From IMG/VR virus record IMGVR_UViG_3300022555_000003, positions 178,081 to 242,080 of that record: 64,000 bases of DNA; one strand, given 5' to 3'. This stretch comes from a virus (Duplodnaviria > Caudoviricetes). Numbering within the stretch: the stretch's first letter is position 1; each line of letters opens with the position of its first letter. The position numbers and the translations under genes were made by a program. The notes under the pieces were generated by a model. It ran no database searches, was not told where the DNA came from, and worked only from the letters and a program-made list of their open reading frames with translations. Shown one piece after another: positions 18,707-28,491 of the stretch.

Positions 18707-19701
18707 TTTAATAATTTACCTTTGAGTGCTTCCCAAACTGAACTATGCAAGCCATAAAACTCACCATGTATTAGTATTTCATTTCTGGTACTAAGTGCTT
18801 TATCAAAATTAGTTGTATCAATTTTAAATATGTCTATAAACTTCTTTATATCAACAGTTGGTTTATATTTAAGAAGTTTTTTGGATATTTTCAGTATTGG
18901 CGAATTAGGAAATATTTGTTTAATACGTCTTAAATTAAAATCCATGTTTGTATAATTTTGCTTGTCAAGATTATATAATATCTTGTGATATTCATTACTG
19001 GTCCAGTAATGATCATCATCGTCATTATTATCAATATCATCTGTTACTTTTCCCAACTCATCGCTTATTATTTTTTTAAATGGACTATCTACATAAGTTG
19101 GAATTATTGATGAGTTGCTTAGTATTAGATCGTCGTTGGATTCACTCCAGCTAAAATCAGCTGTACTTTTAGGTATAATAACATACTTTGTTTGGCCATA
19201 GCCACCAGCATGTGATGAGTCAGACGAAGTAAAAATACTATTTCCTCTGCGTGCTTTAACACCCATTTCTTGTAATATTTTGTCAAATGATATAGTAATT
19301 CCTTGGTCGCTGTCTCTTACTTGTCTATTTTCAACACTACGTCCAACATATAATCCACCATGCATTCTACGGCCACTAAACAAACACTTATCTGTACGTT
19401 TGTAAGCGTCTAGATAAGTTTTACAGTCGTTACGAATTTGAGGAATGAATGGTGTAAATAATTTTAAATAGTCTTGGCATCTCTTTTTAATTCTTGCATA
19501 CTTAGCTTCTGCAGCATCTAATTCAATTTTAACTTGTTCAGCTGATGAAGCATTAAAATCTTTACTGGTGTTGTTTACAAGATTATTATATCTTTTCTTT
19601 AAGTAATAAACAGTATGTCGGTTTAATGTAACATTATTTATTAACTCAGTATTTATAGGTGTTACTAAAACTTCCATATCTATTACTTCATTGATTTTCA
19701 T
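18703..19701 (-). CDS. putative ADP-ribosyltransferase-fold paralog (FSG variant)
   Basis: LFSGRR / NSIFTSS / FSWS / TRNEILIHG; starts MKINEV. Confidence 0.6.
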   Translation of the reverse strand: MKINEVIDMEVLVTPINTELINNVTLNRHTVYYLKKRYNNLVNNTSKDFNASSAEQVKIELDAAEAKYARIKKRCQDYLKLFTPFIPQIRNDCKTYLDAYKRTDKCLFSGRRMHGGLYVGRSVENRQVRDSDQGITISFDKILQEMGVKARRGNSIFTSSDSSHAGGYGQTKYVIIPKSTADFSWSESNDDLILSNSSIIPTYVDSPFKKIISDELGKVTDDIDNNDDDDHYWTSNEYHKILYNLDKQNYTNMDFNLRRIKQIFPNSPILKISKKLLKYKPTVDIKKFIDIFKIDTTNFDKALSTRNEILIHGEFYGLHSSVWEALKGKLLK

Positions 19702-20672
19702 TGGAATAACTTCCCTTTAACTATGTCCCATATACTGTTATGTATCCCATAATATTTACCATTTATTAGTATTTCGTGATTTGTGTTTAGTACCGCTTCC
19801 ATTGAGGTTGTATTAATCTTGAACTTTTCTTGAAACTTGTTGAGATCAATTTTTGGTTTATATTTAAGTAATTGATCTGCTATACTATTAACTGGAGAGT
19901 CAGGATATTTATTTTTGACATAAGCTAAATCAGTTTTAATGTTATAAAAATTTTGTCTATATAACCATTCTAAGATTTGTAAGTATTTGTAATGTTGTCC
20001 AATATCAGAATCACGTTCAATTCTTTCTTTTTCATCTTTAAGAATCTTTTCCATATTATCTGGCAATGGTCTGTAAGTTAATTTCAATGAATAACTACTT
20101 AGTACTAGATCATCTCTTGTTTCGCTCCAACTAAAGTTAATGTCATTGAATGGAATTATTATGTATCTATCAGCGCCATATTCTGCAGCATGACATTCAC
20201 TTGACGTTGTAAAAATACTATTTCCTCTACGTGCTTTAACACCAAGTTTTTTTAATAAACTATCAAATTTGGTTGTAACAGAGGCCATACTGTCTTTTGG
20301 TCTTCGTTTTTCTAAGCTTTCATCCTGATACAATGCTCCATGAAATCTACGTCCACTGTATAATACTTGGCCTGTTCTGTTAAATAATTCTAGATAATGA
20401 CTACAGTTATTTTGAATTATTGGTCCGAATTTTGAAAATTCTTTCATTGAATCAGCAAATCTTTTTTGAGTTTTTATAACATTATCTTTAGCTTTTTGCA
20501 ACTCTTTTTTAAATTTAGCAGCTTGTTCTGGAGTTGTACTTTCCAACTTGTTATGTTCAATACTTTTTACTTTGTTAATGCCTACTTGCAATGTAGCTTG
20601 TAACTCAAGCTGAACACTATGTATTAAAACTTTTTCATTTGCGCTTTCAACAATAAATTCGTGTGACCGCAT
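19698..20672 (-). CDS. putative ADP-ribosyltransferase-fold paralog (YSG variant)
   Basis: LYSGRR / NSIFTTS / FSWS / TNHEILING; starts MRSHEFIVE. Confidence 0.6.
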   Translation of the reverse strand: MRSHEFIVESANEKVLIHSVQLELQATLQVGINKVKSIEHNKLESTTPEQAAKFKKELQKAKDNVIKTQKRFADSMKEFSKFGPIIQNNCSHYLELFNRTGQVLYSGRRFHGALYQDESLEKRRPKDSMASVTTKFDSLLKKLGVKARRGNSIFTTSSECHAAEYGADRYIIIPFNDINFSWSETRDDLVLSSYSLKLTYRPLPDNMEKILKDEKERIERDSDIGQHYKYLQILEWLYRQNFYNIKTDLAYVKNKYPDSPVNSIADQLLKYKPKIDLNKFQEKFKINTTSMEAVLNTNHEILINGKYYGIHNSIWDIVKGKLFQ

Positions 20673-21721
20673 TACATATCTCCTTTAAACAAATCAAATA
20701 AATCAATTTGAACCGCAATGTATTTTCCATGTATTAGTACTTCGTGCTTTTTAATTATAGCAGTTTGTAAGTTGGTGTCCATTGGTTTATATTTTTTCTT
20801 AAATTTATTCAAATTGACTCGGCTATATTCAATACTGTTTAATGTAAGTAGTAATGATTCAGGAAAATAATAATTTAGAAATTTTCGACCAGTGAAAGAA
20901 ATAATTCTGTTTCCAGTAGTTCGAACATCTAGTAGATATTTATAATAACATTGTAGAATTGATAATTTTTCATTATATTCATTATCGTTTGATTTTGATA
21001 TTAACTCTTTCTCTTCTTCAATTTTAGTCTGTATTTCATCTAATTCATTGTCTAAGGCGGCAATCACTTCGGGTGAAAAAGACATTAGTCCATTAAATGA
21101 ATCACTATGTAATATTAGATCCTTTCCAGCCTCTGACCAGGAATAATCAGCTGTATCTTCAGGAAAAATAACATAAATGTTATTACCATATGATTTAGCT
21201 TGGCTTATACTACTTGATGTAAAAATACTGTTAGAACGCAGAGCTTTAATACCTAATTCTTGTAAACAACTATCATATAATATAGTAGAATCTATATTGC
21301 TATCTTTTGGAGGTCGATTATTAGGACTGTCGGATTCAAATGCAGGAAATGAATTTGACTGACCACGATATAACATTCCACTATGCTTGAAGATTCCAAT
21401 ATATTCACTACATCTTTTTTTAATTATTGATATCAATAATTTTATGTTTTCTTTTAAATTTTCTTCTTTGTATTGATTTTTTTGAAGTTCAGCAATTCTA
21501 TCAGTTAATACTTTATATTCTTTTTTAATTTTAAAAGATTCGTCAGATGTAATTTCTGGATTAAACCATATTTTTTCATGACATTCTGCTTGTTTCTTTT
21601 TTAAATCAATAATTACATAAGTAACCAATGGATCAACAGAAATGTCTACCAATGGATCAACAGAAATGTCTACCAATGGAGTTTTAACTGGTTTTATGTT
21701 CTCTACTTCAAATAGTCTCAT
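20672..21721 (-). CDS. putative ADP-ribosyltransferase-fold paralog
   Basis: Start moved to MRLFEVE (TAA-T-ATG); LYRG / NSIFTSS / YSWS / KKHEVLIHG. Confidence 0.6.
   Translation of the reverse strand: MRLFEVENIKPVKTPLVDISVDPLVDISVDPLVTYVIIDLKKKQAECHEKIWFNPEITSDESFKIKKEYKVLTDRIAELQKNQYKEENLKENIKLLISIIKKRCSEYIGIFKHSGMLYRGQSNSFPAFESDSPNNRPPKDSNIDSTILYDSCLQELGIKALRSNSIFTSSSISQAKSYGNNIYVIFPEDTADYSWSEAGKDLILHSDSFNGLMSFSPEVIAALDNELDEIQTKIEEEKELISKSNDNEYNEKLSILQCYYKYLLDVRTTGNRIISFTGRKFLNYYFPESLLLTLNSIEYSRVNLNKFKKKYKPMDTNLQTAIIKKHEVLIHGKYIAVQIDLFDLFKGDM
21624..21680. repeat. 24-nt in-frame tandem repeat (PLVDISVD x2 plus partial)
   Basis: ACCAATGGATCAACAGAAATGTCT x2 + ACCAATGGA. Confidence 0.9.
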
Positions 21722-21722
21722 A

Positions 21723-22736
21723 TTAGTTTTTCTTTTCTGATATAGTAAGTAACGGTTCAAAATTTGAATTAGGTACAAATTCGTGTTTACGTATAACTGT
21801 CTTAGCTAAAAGCTCAAGTTCATCTTTAAATTTGTTCCATACTAGCACGAATGGAGCATTAACATCAGTTTTTAAATCTTTTAATACTGCTTGAAAGCCT
21901 GGATCTTTCTTTTTCAATTTTGGTGCATATTTTCGATAAGTTTCAATGAATAATCTGGCAAGTTCATTGATTGTTATTGGTTTCTTATTACGTAAATCAT
22001 TTACTCTATCTAAGAAGTGTGTTGAAAAATGAACATCCATTCCAGCTAGCTCCCAAAATTGATTTAAATACTTCTCCAGAGAATGCAATTCATCATTAGT
22101 AATTTCTTCCGTTATTTTCTTTTTGGTACCTGACGGGGCAACTGCCATAGCGTCCTTTAAGGTTTTGAAATAACTCATCCCATTAACTTTTAACTTTGAT
22201 ATTTGAACAGCTCTTTTTGGATCACCAGCTGCTGCTGAAATATAAAATGCTTTTTTATCATCTTCTGCTGCTGCTTTTCTCAATGCTGAAGCACTTCCAA
22301 GTCTGGGACTTTGTACGTGAGTAATTGATTTAAATGTATACTTACGTCCTAACTTGTCTGGAACTCCATTATAATCTTTAAGAAGTTTACCACTCCACCC
22401 ATTCCAATCTTCAATATCAGTTACATATATTAAATCAGTTACTTCAGGATGATGTTGATTAATATAAAAAGCTAATGTAATAACTAATACTTCAGGAATG
22501 ATGTGTCCTTTAAGGGTTGGATCAAATGCTTCCATCCAAGCTTTTTTAACTTCGTAAGTAAGTGGATTATCTTTATTATGAGTAGTAGGACTAGTACCAA
22601 CAAACCATAAATTATTGTCAGCTGAATGTTTAACAACTTCAAATAATTTAACATGTCCCATATGTACTCCGTTAAATCGACCAAAGCACATAGCGGCTGT
22701 TGTATTACTTGCTTCAAATAATTGTTTGAGGTTCAT
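21723..22736 (-). CDS. HIGH-family (cytidylyltransferase-like) nucleotidyltransferase fused to an unknown C-terminal domain
   Basis: CFGRFNGVHMGH (HxGH), NPLTYEVK, SASALR; second domain after ITEE (HFLDRVND). Confidence 0.75.
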   Translation of the reverse strand: MNLKQLFEASNTTAAMCFGRFNGVHMGHVKLFEVVKHSADNNLWFVGTSPTTHNKDNPLTYEVKKAWMEAFDPTLKGHIIPEVLVITLAFYINQHHPEVTDLIYVTDIEDWNGWSGKLLKDYNGVPDKLGRKYTFKSITHVQSPRLGSASALRKAAAEDDKKAFYISAAAGDPKRAVQISKLKVNGMSYFKTLKDAMAVAPSGTKKKITEEITNDELHSLEKYLNQFWELAGMDVHFSTHFLDRVNDLRNKKPITINELARLFIETYRKYAPKLKKKDPGFQAVLKDLKTDVNAPFVLVWNKFKDELELLAKTVIRKHEFVPNSNFEPLLTISEKKN

Positions 22737-23849
22737 TTAATGTTTTCCTAAGTTTGCTGCTGAGAATTTAAATCTATCAACTAACTTTACTGGGCCTGTA
22801 TTGGTATGTACAATGAATCCTTCTTGACCAGTTTCATCACCTATTCCAGCATGTAAATCAGTAGTTGATTTATCAAGTTCATTTATTATCTTAAATTTTG
22901 CAACTGTAAGTAAACTAAACACAGTCATTACAGCACTAAATGCACTTTGATTTTTTTTAATATGTTCTAATATTCTAGGAGTTGCTGGTCCAGATTGAGT
23001 TTCTAACCATTTAATAAACTGTTGATCTAAATTAATTAATGATTTACTATATATAACATGTTGATTAACGAATGTTTTCAATAATGTCAAAAATGATTTA
23101 ATCTTTGCTTCAGCTAAATCAGACTGATTAAATAATTGATCAATTGATGGACCAAACTTAGCAACTAATTGTGTAGCTTTTTTAAGTTCATCAGGCTCAG
23201 TAATAGTTACATTAGGAGCTAATTGGTCTGACATTATTAATAAGCCATTTACTTGATTTCTTACAACACTTTGTAAATCAGTATCAGTAACGTGATGTCC
23301 TGAAGTTGCTCCAGCATCTAACTTACTATGCACTATAATTCCAACTTTGCTACGTCCTATTAACTTACCGAGTTCAGTATCAACGTTAACTGAATAAGTA
23401 ACTGTATTTGGAGTGAAGACAAACTTATCGCCTTGTTTTGGAGGTTGAGCTGTATACATTAAGTCTCCAAAAAGATATCCCGAAAAGCTTGTCGGAATAC
23501 TCTTTTCAAAAATTGGCCACAGTGAAGAATATAAAGCAAGTAAATGTTGATTGGTGCCACCTTTTCTAGCTGATAATATTTGTTCAAGTTCTTGTATACT
23601 ATGTGGAGGAGTACTGATCATATACTTATCACCCATAGCAAAACCAACTTTATCTCGTCCCCAGAATATAGCAGGCTTTCCGTCTGGCTTTAAACTTACT
23701 GTTTGTGGTTGTTTAATAGCTTGTCGTAATGCATTGATAGAGTCTGTTATCGCTGCTGATCCAATGAATGCAGCGTCTTCAACATGTTCAATTCGAGCTT
23801 TTTTAAGATTATATGTCTCTTCTTCTGTAATAAATTCTGATGATCGCAT
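22737..23849 (-). CDS. DUF6267-like protein, covalent nucleotidyltransferase (ligase)-like motifs
   Basis: KPDG (motif I), LFGDLMY (III), EGFIV (IV), VKLVD (V); starts MRSSEFITEE; ATAAATA-N5-ATG. Confidence 0.6.
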   Translation of the reverse strand: MRSSEFITEEETYNLKKARIEHVEDAAFIGSAAITDSINALRQAIKQPQTVSLKPDGKPAIFWGRDKVGFAMGDKYMISTPPHSIQELEQILSARKGGTNQHLLALYSSLWPIFEKSIPTSFSGYLFGDLMYTAQPPKQGDKFVFTPNTVTYSVNVDTELGKLIGRSKVGIIVHSKLDAGATSGHHVTDTDLQSVVRNQVNGLLIMSDQLAPNVTITEPDELKKATQLVAKFGPSIDQLFNQSDLAEAKIKSFLTLLKTFVNQHVIYSKSLINLDQQFIKWLETQSGPATPRILEHIKKNQSAFSAVMTVFSLLTVAKFKIINELDKSTTDLHAGIGDETGQEGFIVHTNTGPVKLVDRFKFSAANLGKH

Positions 23850-23875
23850 ATCAGTATTTATCTGAATTAATAATA

Positions 23876-24607
23876 TTATATTAATCGTTCAGCAAGCATA
23901 TCTTCGTATATTTCTTTTCTAATAGCAATATATGTTCCGTGTACTAGTATTTCATGGCCAGATTTTAATGCAGCATCCAGATCAGTCTGGTCAAGTTTAA
24001 ATACTTGTTGAAATGCTTTCAGATCCAAAATATTTAAATTTGAACTAGGTTGTAATACTATATCCCGATGTGTTTGAGACCAACTAAAATCATCAGAATT
24101 AAACGGAAAGATAACATATACTCTACCATATGAGATAGCTTGGCTTACACTAGTTGTAGTAAAAATACTATTTGATCTCAACGCTTTAATGCCTAGTTTG
24201 GTTGCAAATTCATCATATTCTTCTTGAATTACCATGTAACTGTCTTTTGGTTCTCTATCAAAAGGTGAATAAGCTTCGAATGCTGCTGGCTTCTTACTTC
24301 TAATTCCACGATATAATACTCTATCATTCTTTTTAAATGCATCATAAAATTTACTACATTCTGATTTAATTCTATTAGATATTTGTTCGTAAGTTTTTAT
24401 TATGTCAGTATTTGAATTAATCTTTTCTAATTCATCATTGGCGCGTGCAAGCTTCTCTTGAAATAATTTTTTTCGTGATTCACTAGTAGTCTGATTTATA
24501 ATTCTAACAAAAAATTGTATGTTAAGTTCGATATTTTCTTTAGCAATTGGATCGTAATCTGCTAGTAAAGTAACTACATTTGATTTTGATATTTCGTTTA
24601 GTCTCAT
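23876..24607 (-). CDS. putative ADP-ribosyltransferase-fold paralog (short type)
   Basis: LYRG / SNSIFTTT / FSWS / SGHEILVHG; starts MRLNEI. Confidence 0.6.
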   Translation of the reverse strand: MRLNEISKSNVVTLLADYDPIAKENIELNIQFFVRIINQTTSESRKKLFQEKLARANDELEKINSNTDIIKTYEQISNRIKSECSKFYDAFKKNDRVLYRGIRSKKPAAFEAYSPFDREPKDSYMVIQEEYDEFATKLGIKALRSNSIFTTTSVSQAISYGRVYVIFPFNSDDFSWSQTHRDIVLQPSSNLNILDLKAFQQVFKLDQTDLDAALKSGHEILVHGTYIAIRKEIYEDMLAERLI

Positions 24608-25335
24608 AATAGTTTCTCAATGATCATATCTTCATATAAATCATGCCTAACTGCAATATACTTACCATGTATTAGTACTTCATGTTCAGAAAATAATGCC
24701 TCAGGTAAATTAGTCTGATCAAGTTTATATGTCTGTTGAAACTCTTGTACGTCTTTAAAATGTAATGGCTTCTCAGCGAATAATACAAGATCCTTTTTTG
24801 CATGAGACCAGCTAAAATCAGCTGAACTCTTAGGAAATACGACGTATAGATCGCCATAAATTCTAGCTTGATCTTCGTCTGACGATGTGAAAATACTATT
24901 TGATCTTTGTGCTATAATACCAAGTTGCTCAGCAAATCTATCAAATTTTAATGTATTAACTAATCCGCTGTCCTTAGGTCGTCTGTCAGTTGGACTATTC
25001 GATTCGAATGCTGCTGGTTTGTTATGTCTGATGCCTCTATATAATACAGCATTACTTCGTTTGAATATACTATAAAATTTACTACATTCATTTTTAATCT
25101 TATCAGCTAATTCTTTTAATATATCATTTGACTTATTATATTCTTCAATCTTTCTTAATTGTTCTTTGGCGTGGTCTAACTCAACCTGAAATATTGCTTT
25201 ACGTTCAGGAGTAACATAATCTCTATTTAATTGATCAGTATAATACTGAATGTCTAAATTTATGCTGTTAAGTTTAGTAGCGTTATACTTATCAATTAAT
25301 GTCGTTATGTTAGTAGATATTTCATTCAATCTCAT
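24604..25335 (-). CDS. putative ADP-ribosyltransferase-fold paralog (short type)
   Basis: LYRG / SNSIFTSS / FSWS / SEHEVLIHG; starts MRLNEI. Confidence 0.6.
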   Translation of the reverse strand: MRLNEISTNITTLIDKYNATKLNSINLDIQYYTDQLNRDYVTPERKAIFQVELDHAKEQLRKIEEYNKSNDILKELADKIKNECSKFYSIFKRSNAVLYRGIRHNKPAAFESNSPTDRRPKDSGLVNTLKFDRFAEQLGIIAQRSNSIFTSSDEDQARIYGDLYVVFPKSSADFSWSHAKKDLVLFAEKPLHFKDVQEFQQTYKLDQTNLPEALFSEHEVLIHGKYIAVRHDLYEDMIIEKLL

Positions 25336-26060
25336 AATAGTTTCTCTTTTATCATATCTTCATATACTTGATATTTAATAGCAATATATCGTCCATGTAT
25401 TAATACTTCATGTTCTGATTTTAATGCAGCATCCAGATCTGTTTTCTTTAATTTGTATATCTCTTGGAATGATTTTAAGTCCTTAAATCCAGCTTTATGT
25501 TCAAGATATAATATAATTTCTCGTCGAGATTCTGACCAGCTAAAATCAGCTGTATCTTTTGGGTATATGACAAATAGAATGCCATAATATCTAGCGTGAC
25601 ATTCACTCGAAATAGTGAAAATACTATTTGATCTAAGTGCTTCAATTCCGAGTTCTTGAGCAAACTTATCAAATAATATTGTATTATTAACATCACTGTC
25701 CTTAGGTTCTCTATTTACTGGGCTCATTGATTCAAATGCTGGCGGATGTTTATATTTGTATCCTCTAAACAATACTTTATCACATTTCTTAAAGGCATTA
25801 TAAAAGTCTCTACATTCAACTTTAATTTTAGTAGCTAATTTTTCCAATGAACCTTCCGGAAGTGATTCCAGATATGTTAATTCTTCTAGTGCATCTTCTA
25901 AATATTGTTGAGTTATTTTTTTATGCTCTTCTGTTTGTGGCTGCCGCATAAGTTTTTTATAATATGATATTTGCGAATTAATTGAATTTCTCCTAATAGG
26001 ATCAAAATTCGCCGGTAGTAACAGTATTTTGTTTGAATCAATCATTTCATATAGACGCAT
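25332..26060 (-). CDS. putative ADP-ribosyltransferase-fold paralog (short type)
   Basis: LFRG / SNSIFTIS / FSWS / SEHEVLIHG; starts MRLYEM. Confidence 0.6.
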   Translation of the reverse strand: MRLYEMIDSNKILLLPANFDPIRRNSINSQISYYKKLMRQPQTEEHKKITQQYLEDALEELTYLESLPEGSLEKLATKIKVECRDFYNAFKKCDKVLFRGYKYKHPPAFESMSPVNREPKDSDVNNTILFDKFAQELGIEALRSNSIFTISSECHARYYGILFVIYPKDTADFSWSESRREIILYLEHKAGFKDLKSFQEIYKLKKTDLDAALKSEHEVLIHGRYIAIKYQVYEDMIKEKLL

Positions 26061-26078
26061 AGTAATATTTATCTAAGT

Positions 26079-26810
26079 TTATAGTAATTTTTTACTTACC
26101 ATTTCGTTGTATATGTCGTCTATAATAGCAATATATCTACCATGAATTAATATTTCGTGACCTGATAATAAAGCTTTATCTAAACTAAGTTGATCAAGCA
26201 TAAATTTTTGTTGAAATAATTGGATTGATGTGCAACTATCTAACATGTAAGGAACTAATACTATATCAGAATATTTCATTGACCACGAAAAATCAGCTGT
26301 ATCTTTTGGAAAGATATTATATAAATAATATCCATACTCTTTAGCTTGAGATTTTTGAGTAGTAGCGAAGATACTGTTTGACCTGAGTGCTCTAATTCCA
26401 AGCTGTTCAGCAAATGTATCAAATTTTATTGTGGCTATTTCATTACTATCCTTTGGCCGACGGCCTTCTATACTAGTTGATACAAATACTGGTGGTCTCT
26501 CATTTCTAATTCCTCTAAATAATACCTTGTTTACTTTCTTACAAGCATTATAAAATTTACCACATTCATTTTTAACTTTATCGGCTATTTTTTTAATCTT
26601 TTCATCTATTTCTTTGGCATCAATATCATTTAGAATATCTAGATTGTAGTCTATAGATTGTTGTAATGACTTTCTATCTTCTGGATCAGTTGAATCATTT
26701 TGTAATTTAATCAGATTAGCAATATTCTTCTCAGCACTCTCTTTTTCATCTAATCCTATTTCAGATAGTAACGAAATTATATTTTCATCAGACATTTCAT
26801 ATAGACGCAT
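26079..26810 (-). CDS. putative ADP-ribosyltransferase-fold paralog (short type)
   Basis: LFRG / SNSIFATT / FSWS / SGHEILIHG; starts MRLYEM. Confidence 0.6.
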   Translation of the reverse strand: MRLYEMSDENIISLLSEIGLDEKESAEKNIANLIKLQNDSTDPEDRKSLQQSIDYNLDILNDIDAKEIDEKIKKIADKVKNECGKFYNACKKVNKVLFRGIRNERPPVFVSTSIEGRRPKDSNEIATIKFDTFAEQLGIRALRSNSIFATTQKSQAKEYGYYLYNIFPKDTADFSWSMKYSDIVLVPYMLDSCTSIQLFQQKFMLDQLSLDKALLSGHEILIHGRYIAIIDDIYNEMVSKKLL

Positions 26811-26818
26811 AGTAATAT

Positions 26819-27582
26819 TTATATAAGCCTATTATAATACCTGATCTAACAGCAATATATGTGCCTTTAATCCAAATTTCGTGTCCAGATAATAATGCTT
26901 CTTTTAAATTAGTATCTGAATGTAATCCTAAAACCTTAACCATATTATTAATATTAAAATTAGTACGTAGTTTAAACTCTCCAAATTGCTTTTTAATTGG
27001 ATGATTCAGGTAATCGACTCATGTATATTTCTAGAAGATTACGTTGTTCAAGCACATTATTAATAATAGACAAATACATTCTATTAATAGTTCCATGGTA
27101 ATTATCTTCAACTATTGAAGGATTACTTGTTGGATACTTATCTATATAATCTTTTAAAGCTTTAGTGAATTGACTAGTATAAGAGTATGCTCCATATTTA
27201 ATTACTGAATCAAAATCAAAAACTAAGTCATCATCATTTTCACACCAAGTATAATGAAAACCATTTTTTGGATATATTTGAAATACTTCACCAAAATACT
27301 TTGCTAATTTATGTGAAGTAGTTGCATATATAGAATTTAGACGCCTAGCTTCAACACCAATACTATCAAGACCCCAATCTATTACTCTATATATTTCTGC
27401 ATTAGATGTCTTTGGAATACGATCAGTACTACTACTATCTATATAATAGTTATTCTCATCTCTGGAATGACCACGTGTTCCATGTAGTAATGGATGTTCA
27501 GGAACTTCTTTCAATACCTTAAGATAATCAGAACACTCAGTAGCTATTTTTTCTTCTAATGTGATATTTCAAATAAGCGCAT
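26819..27582 (-). pseudogene. divergent ADP-ribosyltransferase paralog broken by frameshifts
   Basis: ATAAATA-N5-ATG MRLFEISH* at 27582; body (LNSIYATT, YTWC) in another frame; C-terminal LLSGHEIWIKG back in the start frame. Confidence 0.65.
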
Positions 27583-27609
27583 AGCAGTATTTATCACATC
27601 TTAAATGAC

Positions 27610-27642
27610 TATAGGTGGTAGAGTTTAATTCTACCACCTATA
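27610..27642. terminator. intrinsic terminator hairpin
   Basis: Perfect 13-bp stem TATAGGTGGTAGA / TCTACCACCTATA. Confidence 0.75.
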
Positions 27643-27650
27643 TCAAAATA

Positions 27651-28490
27651 CTACTTCTTAAATGTTGATAAATCTGTATTTATTACATCAGCAATTGGAG
27701 GAGGAACCAACTTTTTCTGTTCAATCCCACCATTAGCTTGAGCAATCGATGCTGTTTGCGGAGTTCCTAAAATAGCAGATAACCGTTCAGGATCTCCTGG
27801 GAATCTAAATCTACCAATATGATCTAGCTTAATAGAAATATCACCCCATACATCAATACCAATGCGCCTTGCTTGATCACAGAAGAACCAATCTTCGCTA
27901 AGTAATTCTTCATTAACAACTGGACAAGCAAATAAAGCATACATAGCTTTGTCATACTTACTATCCATACCAATGTTGCCTGAATACTTTGTCTCTGGAT
28001 AAGCTTCAAACATCTTCGTAAATACATTACGCTTGATTAGCATAAATCCAGTACCTAAACGTGTTAACGGGATTAGGTTATTTACTGTAGTAATTTCACC
28101 CTTTTCATTAACATTCTTACCATCAATGTTTACAACATAATCGATTGGTAAGCTCTTCTTAGGATAGCATCCACCAACAATGTCTTTATCATGTAATAGC
28201 AATTGAAAGATATTCTCTGGTTGGAATCCAATATCTGCATCAATGAATAACAGATGTGTTGCATCTGCATTATCCATCATCTTAGCAACTAATGTATTCC
28301 TTCCTCGAGGAATTAGTGACTCATTTGTAAGTGTATCAATTGAAAAGTTTGAACCTAACTTATTACAGAAAATAACAAACTTTAAGCATGATACGAATAC
28401 TGCCTCTGACAACATGCCATCATAGCATGGAATTGCTATGTGGACATGTTGTTTTCTTAGGAACTCAACTTCATCTGGAGTTAATTGCAT
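27651..28490 (-). CDS. GT-A fold glycosyltransferase-like protein
   Basis: IAIPCY, HLLFIDAD, GTGFMLI, LSEDWFFC. Confidence 0.75.
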   Translation of the reverse strand: MQLTPDEVEFLRKQHVHIAIPCYDGMLSEAVFVSCLKFVIFCNKLGSNFSIDTLTNESLIPRGRNTLVAKMMDNADATHLLFIDADIGFQPENIFQLLLHDKDIVGGCYPKKSLPIDYVVNIDGKNVNEKGEITTVNNLIPLTRLGTGFMLIKRNVFTKMFEAYPETKYSGNIGMDSKYDKAMYALFACPVVNEELLSEDWFFCDQARRIGIDVWGDISIKLDHIGRFRFPGDPERLSAILGTPQTASIAQANGGIEQKKLVPPPIADVINTDLSTFKK

Positions 28491-28491
28491 C

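Noticed and set aside
14149-27582. Diversity-generating retroelement target array
   Set aside because: No reverse transcriptase in the window and no near-identical template/variable repeat pair differing only at adenines; divergence is general
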